From a virus, in IMG/VR virus record IMGVR_UViG_3300044294_000190, positions 9,596-73,595 of that record: 64,000 nucleotides of DNA, one strand, 5' to 3'. Numbering within the stretch: the first letter of the stretch is position 1; every line of letters starts with the position of its first letter. Both the position numbers and the translations under genes were made by a program. Below the pieces are notes generated by a model. The model saw only the letters and a program-made list of their open reading frames with translations. It did no database searches and was not told the origin of the DNA. Of this stretch, positions 57,246-64,000 are shown one piece after another.

Positions 57246-57929
57246 GTGCCTAATATAAAAAAACCAAACTCGCCACTTTGGCGTGGAAAACCGCTTATTG
57301 TTTACCACGCAAATGCCTTAGAACACAAAGCTCCTCACCTTGCCAGGGGCGTTGGTAAATCATCGTTTCATGCAGGAACGTTAAACGCCGCACTTGACCG
57401 GGCTGCGTATCAAACAAGCAAGCAAATGGATGAATATTATACAGATGATCACTTTCCTGAAATAACAGACGCAGACGAAAACTTTGCTGCAAATCAAAAG
57501 TTATTTGAGCATGGTGAGGGGCCTGAGCCGTCATTCAATCTGCACACATATCAAATCATACGCCGCCCCACAATGCTTACGTTTGAAGACCCGCACGATC
57601 AAGGGTATTCTGATGAACAACTAATACCTGATGACTACGTAGAAGCTTTACAAGTTCCTGAGAAGGGAAAACGCAATGAACCTTTTGTTCACAGATACGT
57701 CAACCGTTGGGAAGACCCCGGCTCCAATTCATTTGTAATTTCAAAGAATGCTGTCAATAGGGGCTATGTCAAACATTTAAGCAGCCAACAATTTAGAATC
57801 CCATACGAGGGTGGTGAAATTGAAGACGTTCACAAATACGTCAAGAGAGAAATGGGTGTTCCAGACGATGGTTACCCACAAATCGGAAAACCGTCTGGTG
57901 GCTATTTAAAGCCCTTTTGGGAACAATAA
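57246..57929 (+). CDS. ADP-ribosyltransferase-like protein (polyvalent-protein ART type)
   Basis: VYHA, FHAGTLNAALDR, HTYQI, YVNRWEDPGSNSFVI. Confidence 0.55.
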   Translation: MPNIKKPNSPLWRGKPLIVYHANALEHKAPHLARGVGKSSFHAGTLNAALDRAAYQTSKQMDEYYTDDHFPEITDADENFAANQKLFEHGEGPEPSFNLHTYQIIRRPTMLTFEDPHDQGYSDEQLIPDDYVEALQVPEKGKRNEPFVHRYVNRWEDPGSNSFVISKNAVNRGYVKHLSSQQFRIPYEGGEIEDVHKYVKREMGVPDDGYPQIGKPSGGYLKPFWEQ

Positions 57930-57931
57930 AC

Positions 57932-58456
57932 ATGGCAGCTAGAGACCATATTAGTAATCCTCAGTTTCAATTGAGGGTTTTTCACATGTCATATGGTAAG
58001 CAGCCACCTCACACAGTAACAAAACACATAGCAACATGGGAAGGAAACAACGTTCACCCAGACGTTCTTCACATGGGAACAGAATCAGCGGCTAGGCACA
58101 CATATAGAAGGTATCTACACGAATACGAAATAGACTCAGACGTAGTAGACCCAGTGACGCACGGAGACGCCAAATACGTCATGGATAGTCGGCCCAAGGA
58201 GTTTGCTGAAAAAATGCGTAACAAACAGCAGGAATTGTGGGAAACAGTCTCAGCACGACCAGAAGACGCGCTCAAGCGCAACGTGGTTTTACCATACAGA
58301 AACTATGTCGAGGACAGCGGAAGCATTTCGTACATCGTTCCTAAACAGCTCATCACGCAGGGCAAAGTTCGTCATGTAGGCACGAAAGACATTCAAGAGG
58401 GTGTTCGTGAAAAATTGGAAAAAGCTGATGCTGAGTACATTAAACATGGCAGCTAA
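57932..58456 (+). CDS. ART-like paralog of 57246..57929, leader-tagged
   Basis: MAARDHISNPQF; VFHMS, LHMGTESAA, HEYEI, YRNYVEDSGSISYIV. Confidence 0.55.
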   Translation: MAARDHISNPQFQLRVFHMSYGKQPPHTVTKHIATWEGNNVHPDVLHMGTESAARHTYRRYLHEYEIDSDVVDPVTHGDAKYVMDSRPKEFAEKMRNKQQELWETVSARPEDALKRNVVLPYRNYVEDSGSISYIVPKQLITQGKVRHVGTKDIQEGVREKLEKADAEYIKHGS

Positions 58457-58865
58457 AGATCATATTAGTGATACTCAATTTCATTTGCATTTGTTTCATG
58501 CAACTGCTAGTGAAAACGTTGACTACATTAAAGCTCAAGGTTTAATTAGCCCATATTTAACAAATGATTGGGAACTTGCAGAACACTACGCACTTTTGCA
58601 AAGCGACTCACGTGGCGGTGGGTTTGAGGTACCATCGTCAATCATTACAGTTAGGGCAAATCCAAGAAATTTGGTTCCCGATAACAATTCTTTTGAAGAC
58701 CCTGTTCATACCTACCAATCAAGAAATTTTGATAAAACACAACTTAGGGACAACAGTGATTGGAAAAACTCGTTAAAACAAACAGGCTCTGTTTTGCACA
58801 TGGGAAAAATTGCGCCACATAATATTTTAGAAATTACCCCTTATGCTGGGCACAAGTTACATTAG
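58446..58865 (+). CDS. ART-fold protein (H-type), leader-tagged
   Basis: MAAKDHISDTQF; LFHAT..I..QGL..YLT..A..YA; GKIAPHNI. Confidence 0.55.
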   Translation: MAAKDHISDTQFHLHLFHATASENVDYIKAQGLISPYLTNDWELAEHYALLQSDSRGGGFEVPSSIITVRANPRNLVPDNNSFEDPVHTYQSRNFDKTQLRDNSDWKNSLKQTGSVLHMGKIAPHNILEITPYAGHKLH

Positions 58866-58867
58866 GA

Positions 58868-59482
58868 TTAGGCCGTGTGGTCATCAATGACCGCATCAAA
58901 TTGGGGTTTTTGATCAAACGATTCGGGATACCAATATTGAGTATTAACTCTATAACGTGGGCGATTTCCCCACTTGGGCATGTCCACCGTAAACGACGGG
59001 TCATGCACCAACAGTCGATTTCCCGGCAACGTAGCCAAATATCCGCAATCAAGCCATACGAAGTTGAAATGCTTGTGTTGGTCCGGAGTCCGTGAGTACA
59101 CATCGTCGTATGGGGCGGCAGTAAACCAATAATGACCTGATTCCCACAATCCTTTCAAATATGCCCTGACTGACAGCTCAGAAAGCGCAGAATACTCTTC
59201 CACCCCAAAAGCATGCCCGTAGCATGCCCAAACTTGTAATTCGCCTAACTGGTGGTTATGGGGGCTGGTTTCATTCTTAAGAAACGCATGAACAGGTAAA
59301 TGTTGGATTAGTGCCCCATTTGACAACAGTGCTGAAATGCCCCAAGCCCTATTTGGTAGAGCTGACAACCCAAACAACAATGCGGGCGTGGTTTCCCCAA
59401 ACCCCTCCTGCATGTCATACAAAAACTCGTTTTTTACGTAGCCGTACATGGGTCGAGGAATGCTTGCAATGTGGTTAGCCAT
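58868..59482 (-). CDS. Hypothetical protein, no leader
   Basis: VKNEFLYD, LPVHAF, PDQHKH, PGNR. Confidence 0.7.
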   Translation of the reverse strand: MANHIASIPRPMYGYVKNEFLYDMQEGFGETTPALLFGLSALPNRAWGISALLSNGALIQHLPVHAFLKNETSPHNHQLGELQVWACYGHAFGVEEYSALSELSVRAYLKGLWESGHYWFTAAPYDDVYSRTPDQHKHFNFVWLDCGYLATLPGNRLLVHDPSFTVDMPKWGNRPRYRVNTQYWYPESFDQKPQFDAVIDDHTA

Positions 59483-59516
59483 GACTTTTTAATTATAAAG
59501 TAAAATGGTTGACGAT

Positions 59517-59939
59517 ATGGCCGCCAGAGAGCATCTCTATGGAGAGCAATTACGTATGTTTATTCAAGCACACGAGTTGATAGATCTACCATCAAGAGAT
59601 GTTGATGACGGTTTAGAAATTCAAGATGAACATCTTCCTAAAACCCTATGGCAAGATGATGACGTACGCCATGCGAAAATAAGAGAAGCTGAAGACTCTG
59701 GGCTAATAGACAGCGTGCTCGACCACGGAGTTTTAAAACCCGTTAATTTAGGGTTTGTGCACCCAGTAAGAACTGATATAAAAACACCAAAAAAACTGTA
59801 CATTTTAGATGGAAACCATCGAATTGCCGCAGCAAACGAAATTGACCCCAGCATGTACGTACCGGTGACGTATTCAGAGAATGAGGAAAAGTTTTACGCA
59901 GATCATCTTAAAGAGCTAGCAAACGAGTTTTTAGATTAA
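59517..59939 (+). CDS. ParB/Srx-like domain protein, leader-tagged
   Basis: MAAREHLYGEQLRMF; SV..HGVLKPV; ILDGNHRIAAA; VPV. Confidence 0.7.
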   Translation: MAAREHLYGEQLRMFIQAHELIDLPSRDVDDGLEIQDEHLPKTLWQDDDVRHAKIREAEDSGLIDSVLDHGVLKPVNLGFVHPVRTDIKTPKKLYILDGNHRIAAANEIDPSMYVPVTYSENEEKFYADHLKELANEFLD

Positions 59940-59953
59940 TAAAGGGTTTATTA

Positions 59954-60343
59954 ATGTCGGCAAAAAACTCTCTCAATGCTATTCAGTTTCACTATAGCCC
60001 TTTTAATGAAGACGAAGATTCTGCTGAAATAACAGCATTTGACGTTAATACGGGGTTAAAGGTCGGAAACCTGGCGTGGAGCGAAAAACAACTTGAGCAC
60101 GTGTCTGTCAGTCCGGCATATCAGCGACAAGGAATTGCAACTGAAATGTGGAAGCGCGCAATGCAAGCGCACAAAAATCAGCCACTTCATTATCCAAAAC
60201 CAATCCCGTCTCGCTTTAGGACTAAACCCGGAGATGAGTGGGCCTGGTCTATTTACAACAAAAATTTGTCAGAACGCCCAGAACCAAACGACTACAACTG
60301 GGATGAAGACGAAGATGAACTACTAAACCGGGAGGAATCATAA
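59954..60343 (+). CDS. GNAT acetyltransferase, leader-tagged
   Basis: MSAKNSLNAIQF; VSVSPAYQRQGIATEMW; SRFRTKPGDEWA. Confidence 0.75.
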   Translation: MSAKNSLNAIQFHYSPFNEDEDSAEITAFDVNTGLKVGNLAWSEKQLEHVSVSPAYQRQGIATEMWKRAMQAHKNQPLHYPKPIPSRFRTKPGDEWAWSIYNKNLSERPEPNDYNWDEDEDELLNREES

Positions 60344-60693
60344 TGCCAATTTTCGGTCCGCAATTTGATGGTTTGCAGCTGCAATACACCCGTTGGAAAA
60401 ACGTTCCGTATTCGGAACACAACATTAGTGTTGTCAAAGCGGAGTCTGGGGGAGCGGTTGCGCGTATGGTTTGGGACTCTGAAGGGAAGATGGGCAATGT
60501 CCACGTTGATTCAAACTTACGAAGAAAAGGCATAGCAACCAAAATGTGGCAATTTGCCCAAAGCCTTTCACAACAAGATCCAACAATTGCCCCTATTAGA
60601 CATTCAGATGTACGAACCAAAGCCGGAGATAGTTGGGCACGTAAGGTTGGAGGAGACTTACCACCACTTAAAGACGGAAAGCTCGTTGACTAA
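60343..60693 (+). CDS. GNAT acetyltransferase (short leader MPIFGPQF)
   Basis: VHVDSNLRRKGIATKMW; HSDVRTKAGDSWA. Confidence 0.75.
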   Translation: MPIFGPQFDGLQLQYTRWKNVPYSEHNISVVKAESGGAVARMVWDSEGKMGNVHVDSNLRRKGIATKMWQFAQSLSQQDPTIAPIRHSDVRTKAGDSWARKVGGDLPPLKDGKLVD

Positions 60694-60983
60694 TGGCTGC
60701 TTCTGAACATATTAATTGGGACCAACATTATGGTAAAAGTTTTAAATGGGGGTATGTTCCCGATGAACAATGGGCTGGACCGTCAGATACTCCAAAAAAC
60801 GAGCGTATTGGATTAATTGCCAAACACACCGCTGTTGACTGGGATGACTGGAAAGATGCAATAGACCATCCAGAAATACAAAAATGGAAAGAAAATTGGT
60901 CCACTATGTACCACACTCTTCCACAATACAAAAAGGACCAACTAAAACATTCAGCAGATATTGAAAATCAACAACATGGTTAA
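60693..60983 (+). CDS. Unknown protein, leader-tagged
   Basis: MAASEHINWDQH; TAATG-coupled. Confidence 0.65.
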   Translation: MAASEHINWDQHYGKSFKWGYVPDEQWAGPSDTPKNERIGLIAKHTAVDWDDWKDAIDHPEIQKWKENWSTMYHTLPQYKKDQLKHSADIENQQHG

Positions 60984-61004
60984 GAAAAAACTGGGTTACG
61001 ACTA

Positions 61005-61376
61005 ATGGCTGCCAAAGACAATATCAATGGTGTCCAATTCAGGTTTGAAAAAGGAAACCCACGTTCGCCCATTGGTAAAGAGCAACGGCACAAGGTTGTT
61101 GCTGAAGACGGATCGGACTACGTCGGAGAGCTCGAATGGTATCCGCGTGGCAGCAGGGCCATTACTAATCTCTTTGTTGAAGGGAATTACCGTAGGCAAG
61201 GAATTGCTACTGGTATGTGGCATTACGCCCATGAGATTGCCAAAACAACCAGGGGCGTACAACCCCCTAGACACTCCACGGATCGCACTGACGATGGTGA
61301 CGCCTGGGCACGTAGCGTCAGTAAACGCCTTCCTCCACGCAAACAAGACTCACGACACAGTTGGGAACAGGAATAA
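61005..61376 (+). CDS. GNAT acetyltransferase, leader-tagged
   Basis: MAAKDNINGVQF; LFVEGNYRRQGIATGMW; HSTDRTDDGDAWA. Confidence 0.75.
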   Translation: MAAKDNINGVQFRFEKGNPRSPIGKEQRHKVVAEDGSDYVGELEWYPRGSRAITNLFVEGNYRRQGIATGMWHYAHEIAKTTRGVQPPRHSTDRTDDGDAWARSVSKRLPPRKQDSRHSWEQE

Positions 61377-61657
61377 TGTCTGCTGCCGACAATTTAAACC
61401 CTAAATTGTTTCATGGGACTTCAAAACCATTTTTGCCACGTACTCGAAAAGTACGCCCATTTAAAAACAGTGGTCGCGTAAAGGACGGGTGGGATCCAAA
61501 TTGGAAGATTGCCCACGCAACTACTGACATCAACGAAGCTCGCCTGTACGGACCTGTTGTATACGAGGTCGCTTATGATGAGCACACCCAGCCCGGGTTT
61601 GGTGAAACCGCGTACTTTAGTGAAAAAGGTTTTAAAATTATAAAGAGAGTTGAATAA
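61376..61657 (+). CDS. Minimal Arr-like ART-fold protein, leader-tagged
   Basis: MSAADNLNPKLFHGT..AHATTDINEARLYG.VVYEV..S..GFKI. Confidence 0.55.
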   Translation: MSAADNLNPKLFHGTSKPFLPRTRKVRPFKNSGRVKDGWDPNWKIAHATTDINEARLYGPVVYEVAYDEHTQPGFGETAYFSEKGFKIIKRVE

Positions 61658-61698
61658 TGGCTGCCAATAAAAACCTGTATGATGAAAAAGGTAAATAA
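61657..61698 (+). other. 13-codon leader-only minigene MAANKNLYDEKGK
   Basis: TAATG overlaps at both ends; matches the start of the leader consensus. Confidence 0.55.
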
Positions 61699-62087
61699 TG
61701 GCTGCTTCTGACCATCTCCATCACGAGCAACTAAGAATGTTTATGCGTCCCCACGAAGTGCAAAAGTTAGTAAAAGAATCCGTTGACCGTCGTTGGATAT
61801 CGGACAGAGAAAGAACGATGCGTAATTTGTGGGCATGGAAGAAAAGAGACATGAAAGAAAGACACAAAGACCTTAATGTATCGGTGAAGACGTCGGGTGT
61901 ACTTAACCCCATTATCATCATTCCTCCTTCGTCCCAGAATTACGCAACAAAGTACCCAAAATACACGATGGGTCAAGGACACCACCGTGTGGTGGCTGCC
62001 CTGAACGCAGAAAAGACGACCAAACAAGAGTATTACGTTCCAGTCGTATACGACCGCGACTTTAACCACATGCATCCGCGACTTTAA
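61698..62087 (+). CDS. ParB/Srx-like protein, leader-tagged (C-terminus altered by a 22-bp duplication)
   Basis: MAASDHLHHEQLRMF; SVKTSGVLNPI; GQGHHRVVAA; VPVVY. Confidence 0.7.
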   Translation: MAASDHLHHEQLRMFMRPHEVQKLVKESVDRRWISDRERTMRNLWAWKKRDMKERHKDLNVSVKTSGVLNPIIIIPPSSQNYATKYPKYTMGQGHHRVVAALNAEKTTKQEYYVPVVYDRDFNHMHPRL

Positions 62088-62097
62088 CCACATGCAT
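62054..62097 (+). repeat. Perfect 22-bp tandem duplication CCGCGACTTTAACCACATGCAT
   Basis: 62054-62075 is identical to 62076-62097. Confidence 0.9.
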
Positions 62098-62126
62098 TAC
62101 ATGATCGAAGCAGCGAGGTTTTTAAG

Positions 62127-62570
62127 ATGACTCCCGCAGGTATACCCGAAGAGGACTGGGTTTTGGTGCGGCGTATCTGCCGGAAGCACGGCGTCGACCC
62201 GCTTCTTATCGTGGCGATAGGCATGGCCGAAACACACTGGTTCACCAAAGGTGACGGCCTGAAAGGCAACGGTCTCGGCGTTGGCTCATACGATTCGGGG
62301 TCTACCTACAAGTATGCTGGTGTCCGCGACCAAGTGACGCGGGCATGCGAAATCCTTATCAAAAACAAGGCTACCACCATCGTTGATATTCTTGACGGGA
62401 AACTCCACGCCTCGGGCCGTTGGGAGAACGGCAAATATGTCGGCCCCGGCGGGTCGGTGAAATGGGCGTCGGCTGACACCGCCGACGGCGGCCCGCATCA
62501 AGGGCAACCGTTTCCGTGGTCGGCTAACGTTGTGAAGATCTATAAGCGTCTCGTGCGGGAGTTGGCGTGA
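62127..62570 (+). CDS. Lysozyme-fold / transglycosylase-like protein, GC-rich, no leader
   Basis: HGVDPLLIVAIGMAET..N.LGVG..W..NV..IY. Confidence 0.6.
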   Translation: MTPAGIPEEDWVLVRRICRKHGVDPLLIVAIGMAETHWFTKGDGLKGNGLGVGSYDSGSTYKYAGVRDQVTRACEILIKNKATTIVDILDGKLHASGRWENGKYVGPGGSVKWASADTADGGPHQGQPFPWSANVVKIYKRLVRELA

Positions 62571-62603
62571 AATTGGTGCGTTGAATGCACGCACTCTTGC
62601 CCG

Positions 62604-62966
62604 CTACTCATAACGCACTGGTATGAACATATCAGGATTAACATCGTTGGCTGCTGCAATCCTGTGGTGTCCATTGTTAATTAGGATTTGTTTACCCTGT
62701 TTCAACGTCACAAAGTGCTTTACTCCTTCATCTTTTACACTTTGATACAAGCTCTTTTTACCCGGTTTTTTGGGAGTATGCACGTCGTGCTCGGATCCGA
62801 TATGGGATTCTCGAAGTTTACCAATGTAAAGCCCCAAATCTTCTCGCATGGTTCTTGAAGACATAAACGGCTCAGAAAGCCATTCTCGGGTTGGAACATC
62901 CATCAGTTCTTTTGCTTGCATAAACATTCGCAACTGGTCTGGGTTGAGGTTGTCTGAGGCTGCCAT
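62604..62966 (-). CDS. ParB/Srx-like protein, leader-tagged
   Basis: MAASDNLNPDQLRMF; SLYQSVKDEGV; NGHHRIAAA; IPV. Confidence 0.7.
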   Translation of the reverse strand: MAASDNLNPDQLRMFMQAKELMDVPTREWLSEPFMSSRTMREDLGLYIGKLRESHIGSEHDVHTPKKPGKKSLYQSVKDEGVKHFVTLKQGKQILINNGHHRIAAANDVNPDMFIPVRYE

Positions 62967-62971
62967 TAAAG

Positions 62972-63427
62972 TTAAAGTATAGTTCCATCCGGCAGTTCTC
63001 GTTCGTCCCAATACGTTTCGGCATGATCTGGACCATATGGACCATGAATGTCGACATACGGGAAAACATTCATTGTTTTTCGCTTTAGGAACCGATGTTG
63101 AGGCTCTATAAGCGGGTATGGAGCCTTTGCATCAAATTGACGATGTGTCAGGTCGACTACGTAAGGCCCGCGAGATGTTTGTACACCGGCAACGGTGTGC
63201 GTGTGGGCATGTGGAAGGCTTTCCCAATCGGTATCTTCAGAGATGTCATAAGTTTGAAAATAGGCATCGTGCCCGTCTTTTACAGCTTCTCCAACATAGT
63301 TTTTTGTTGCATCCCAACACTGCCCGTCAGCGCATTCTGGAGTGTCGTAGGAATAAGGTAAATTCTTTAAATGGGCTTGAACGTGGGCACGTAACTGAGC
63401 CGGAGAAAGGTGGTCTGAGGCTGCCAT
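62972..63427 (-). CDS. Papain/transglutaminase-like Cys-His-Asp protein, leader-tagged
   Basis: MAASDHLSPAQL; GQCWDA, HTVAGV, VVDLTHRQF. Confidence 0.6.
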   Translation of the reverse strand: MAASDHLSPAQLRAHVQAHLKNLPYSYDTPECADGQCWDATKNYVGEAVKDGHDAYFQTYDISEDTDWESLPHAHTHTVAGVQTSRGPYVVDLTHRQFDAKAPYPLIEPQHRFLKRKTMNVFPYVDIHGPYGPDHAETYWDERELPDGTIL

Positions 63428-63906
63428 CAATCCCTACCTTCTATTGGATTGTTACTAGACTCAGTAAACCAAAAACTGTTGGGTGTGTTTTCCTTTTTTT
63501 CAACGTCATAAGTTTTAAACGGTTTCATTGATTTTCTTTTTAAAAATTTACGCCGTGGTTCTACAAGTGGGTATGGTGCTTTTTCATCATATTGACGATG
63601 GGTTAAATCAACGATGTACGGTCCACGAGATGTTTGTACATTTGCGACAGTGTGTCCGGGAAAAAAATGCGTTTTAAAATATTTTTGATGAACATCGTCT
63701 GGCATAACATAGGTGTGTAAGACAACGCTATGACCATCTTTTATTGCTTTTGTTGCATATTCTTCGGATGCTTCGCCGCACTCGCCTTCGGCGCATTCGG
63801 AAGTAGCATAATGTTGAGGCCATTCGGCATAATCATAACGATCATCCAAGTGTTGTTGAACGTGGGCGCGTAGCTGAGCCGGAGAAAGATGATCTGACGC
63901 TGCCAC
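63427..63906 (-). CDS. Papain/transglutaminase-like paralog, leader-tagged
   Basis: MAASDHLSPAQL; GECGEAS, HTVANV, IVDLTHRQY. Confidence 0.6.
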   Translation of the reverse strand: MAASDHLSPAQLRAHVQQHLDDRYDYAEWPQHYATSECAEGECGEASEEYATKAIKDGHSVVLHTYVMPDDVHQKYFKTHFFPGHTVANVQTSRGPYIVDLTHRQYDEKAPYPLVEPRRKFLKRKSMKPFKTYDVEKKENTPNSFWFTESSNNPIEGRD

Positions 63907-64000
63907 TAGGCTTTTCCTTCTATAGGTTCGTTATATGTATGAAATATCATAGGTTTGTCATTAATAAAATCAGATGCCCCAATAAGGCGCACTGGCGTTC
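63906..64000 (-). CDS. Partial CDS (3' end), possibly a further member of the array
   Basis: ...YNEPIEGKA* resembles the NNPIEGRD* end of the next gene; TAGTG coupling. Confidence 0.45.
   Translation of the reverse strand, partial: TPVRLIGASDFINDKPMIFHTYNEPIEGKA

Noticed and set aside
57204-57308. Hydrophobic N-terminal TM segment of the 493-aa ORF
   Set aside because: It overlaps the divergent gene and promoters; the leaderless ATG at 57203 is the better start.
57932-63906. Shared leader as a Sec/Tat signal or a purely nucleotide-level element (attC-like, promoter)
   Set aside because: There is no hydrophobic core or twin-Arg, codons vary synonymously, and there is no palindromic site or integrase.
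1-64000. tRNA genes, introns/inteins, alternative genetic code
   Set aside because: No cloverleaf was found in the short intergenic gaps by eye. Core genes are uninterrupted and tightly coupled under the standard code. A tRNAscan/Infernal run would be needed to be certain.

Overview
This is a 64-kb segment of a contractile-tailed (myovirus-type) dsDNA phage, most likely infecting Actinomycetota. The host inference rests on many leaderless TANNNT-N6-start promoters and on M15 peptidase lysins. Almost all genes lie on the minus strand. From left to right: (1) a self-contained replication module (PolA, SSB, SNF2 helicase, primase, DnaB, DnaC-like loader, HTH initiator with internal iterons), 1-10.4 kb; (2) baseplate, tape measure, tail chaperone with a probable +1/-2 frameshift, tube, sheath and neck, 11-28 kb; (3) N4-gp56-type major capsid, scaffold, portal, Ntn protease, phosphoesterase, lysis genes and TerL, 28-40 kb; (4) a mosaic tail-fibre region with a duplicated Cys-rich/CxxC micro-cassette, 41-54.6 kb; (5) an accessory island, 54.6-64 kb. 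The island is the most notable part. At least 11 otherwise unrelated small enzymes and hypotheticals (ADP-ribosyltransferase-like, GNAT, ParB/Srx-like, papain-like) start with the same ~12-residue leader, M-[AS]-A-x-[DE]-[HN]-[LI]-[SN]-x-x-Q-[FL]. Variants occur on a zincin protease and a HicA-like protein, and one 13-codon minigene is leader only. The leader resembles the C-terminal motif of the scaffold protein, suggesting a tag-based system for loading a modular effector arsenal into the virion. All functional calls come from motif recognition by eye; no database searches were run. No tRNA, CRISPR array, integrase or reverse transcriptase was seen.
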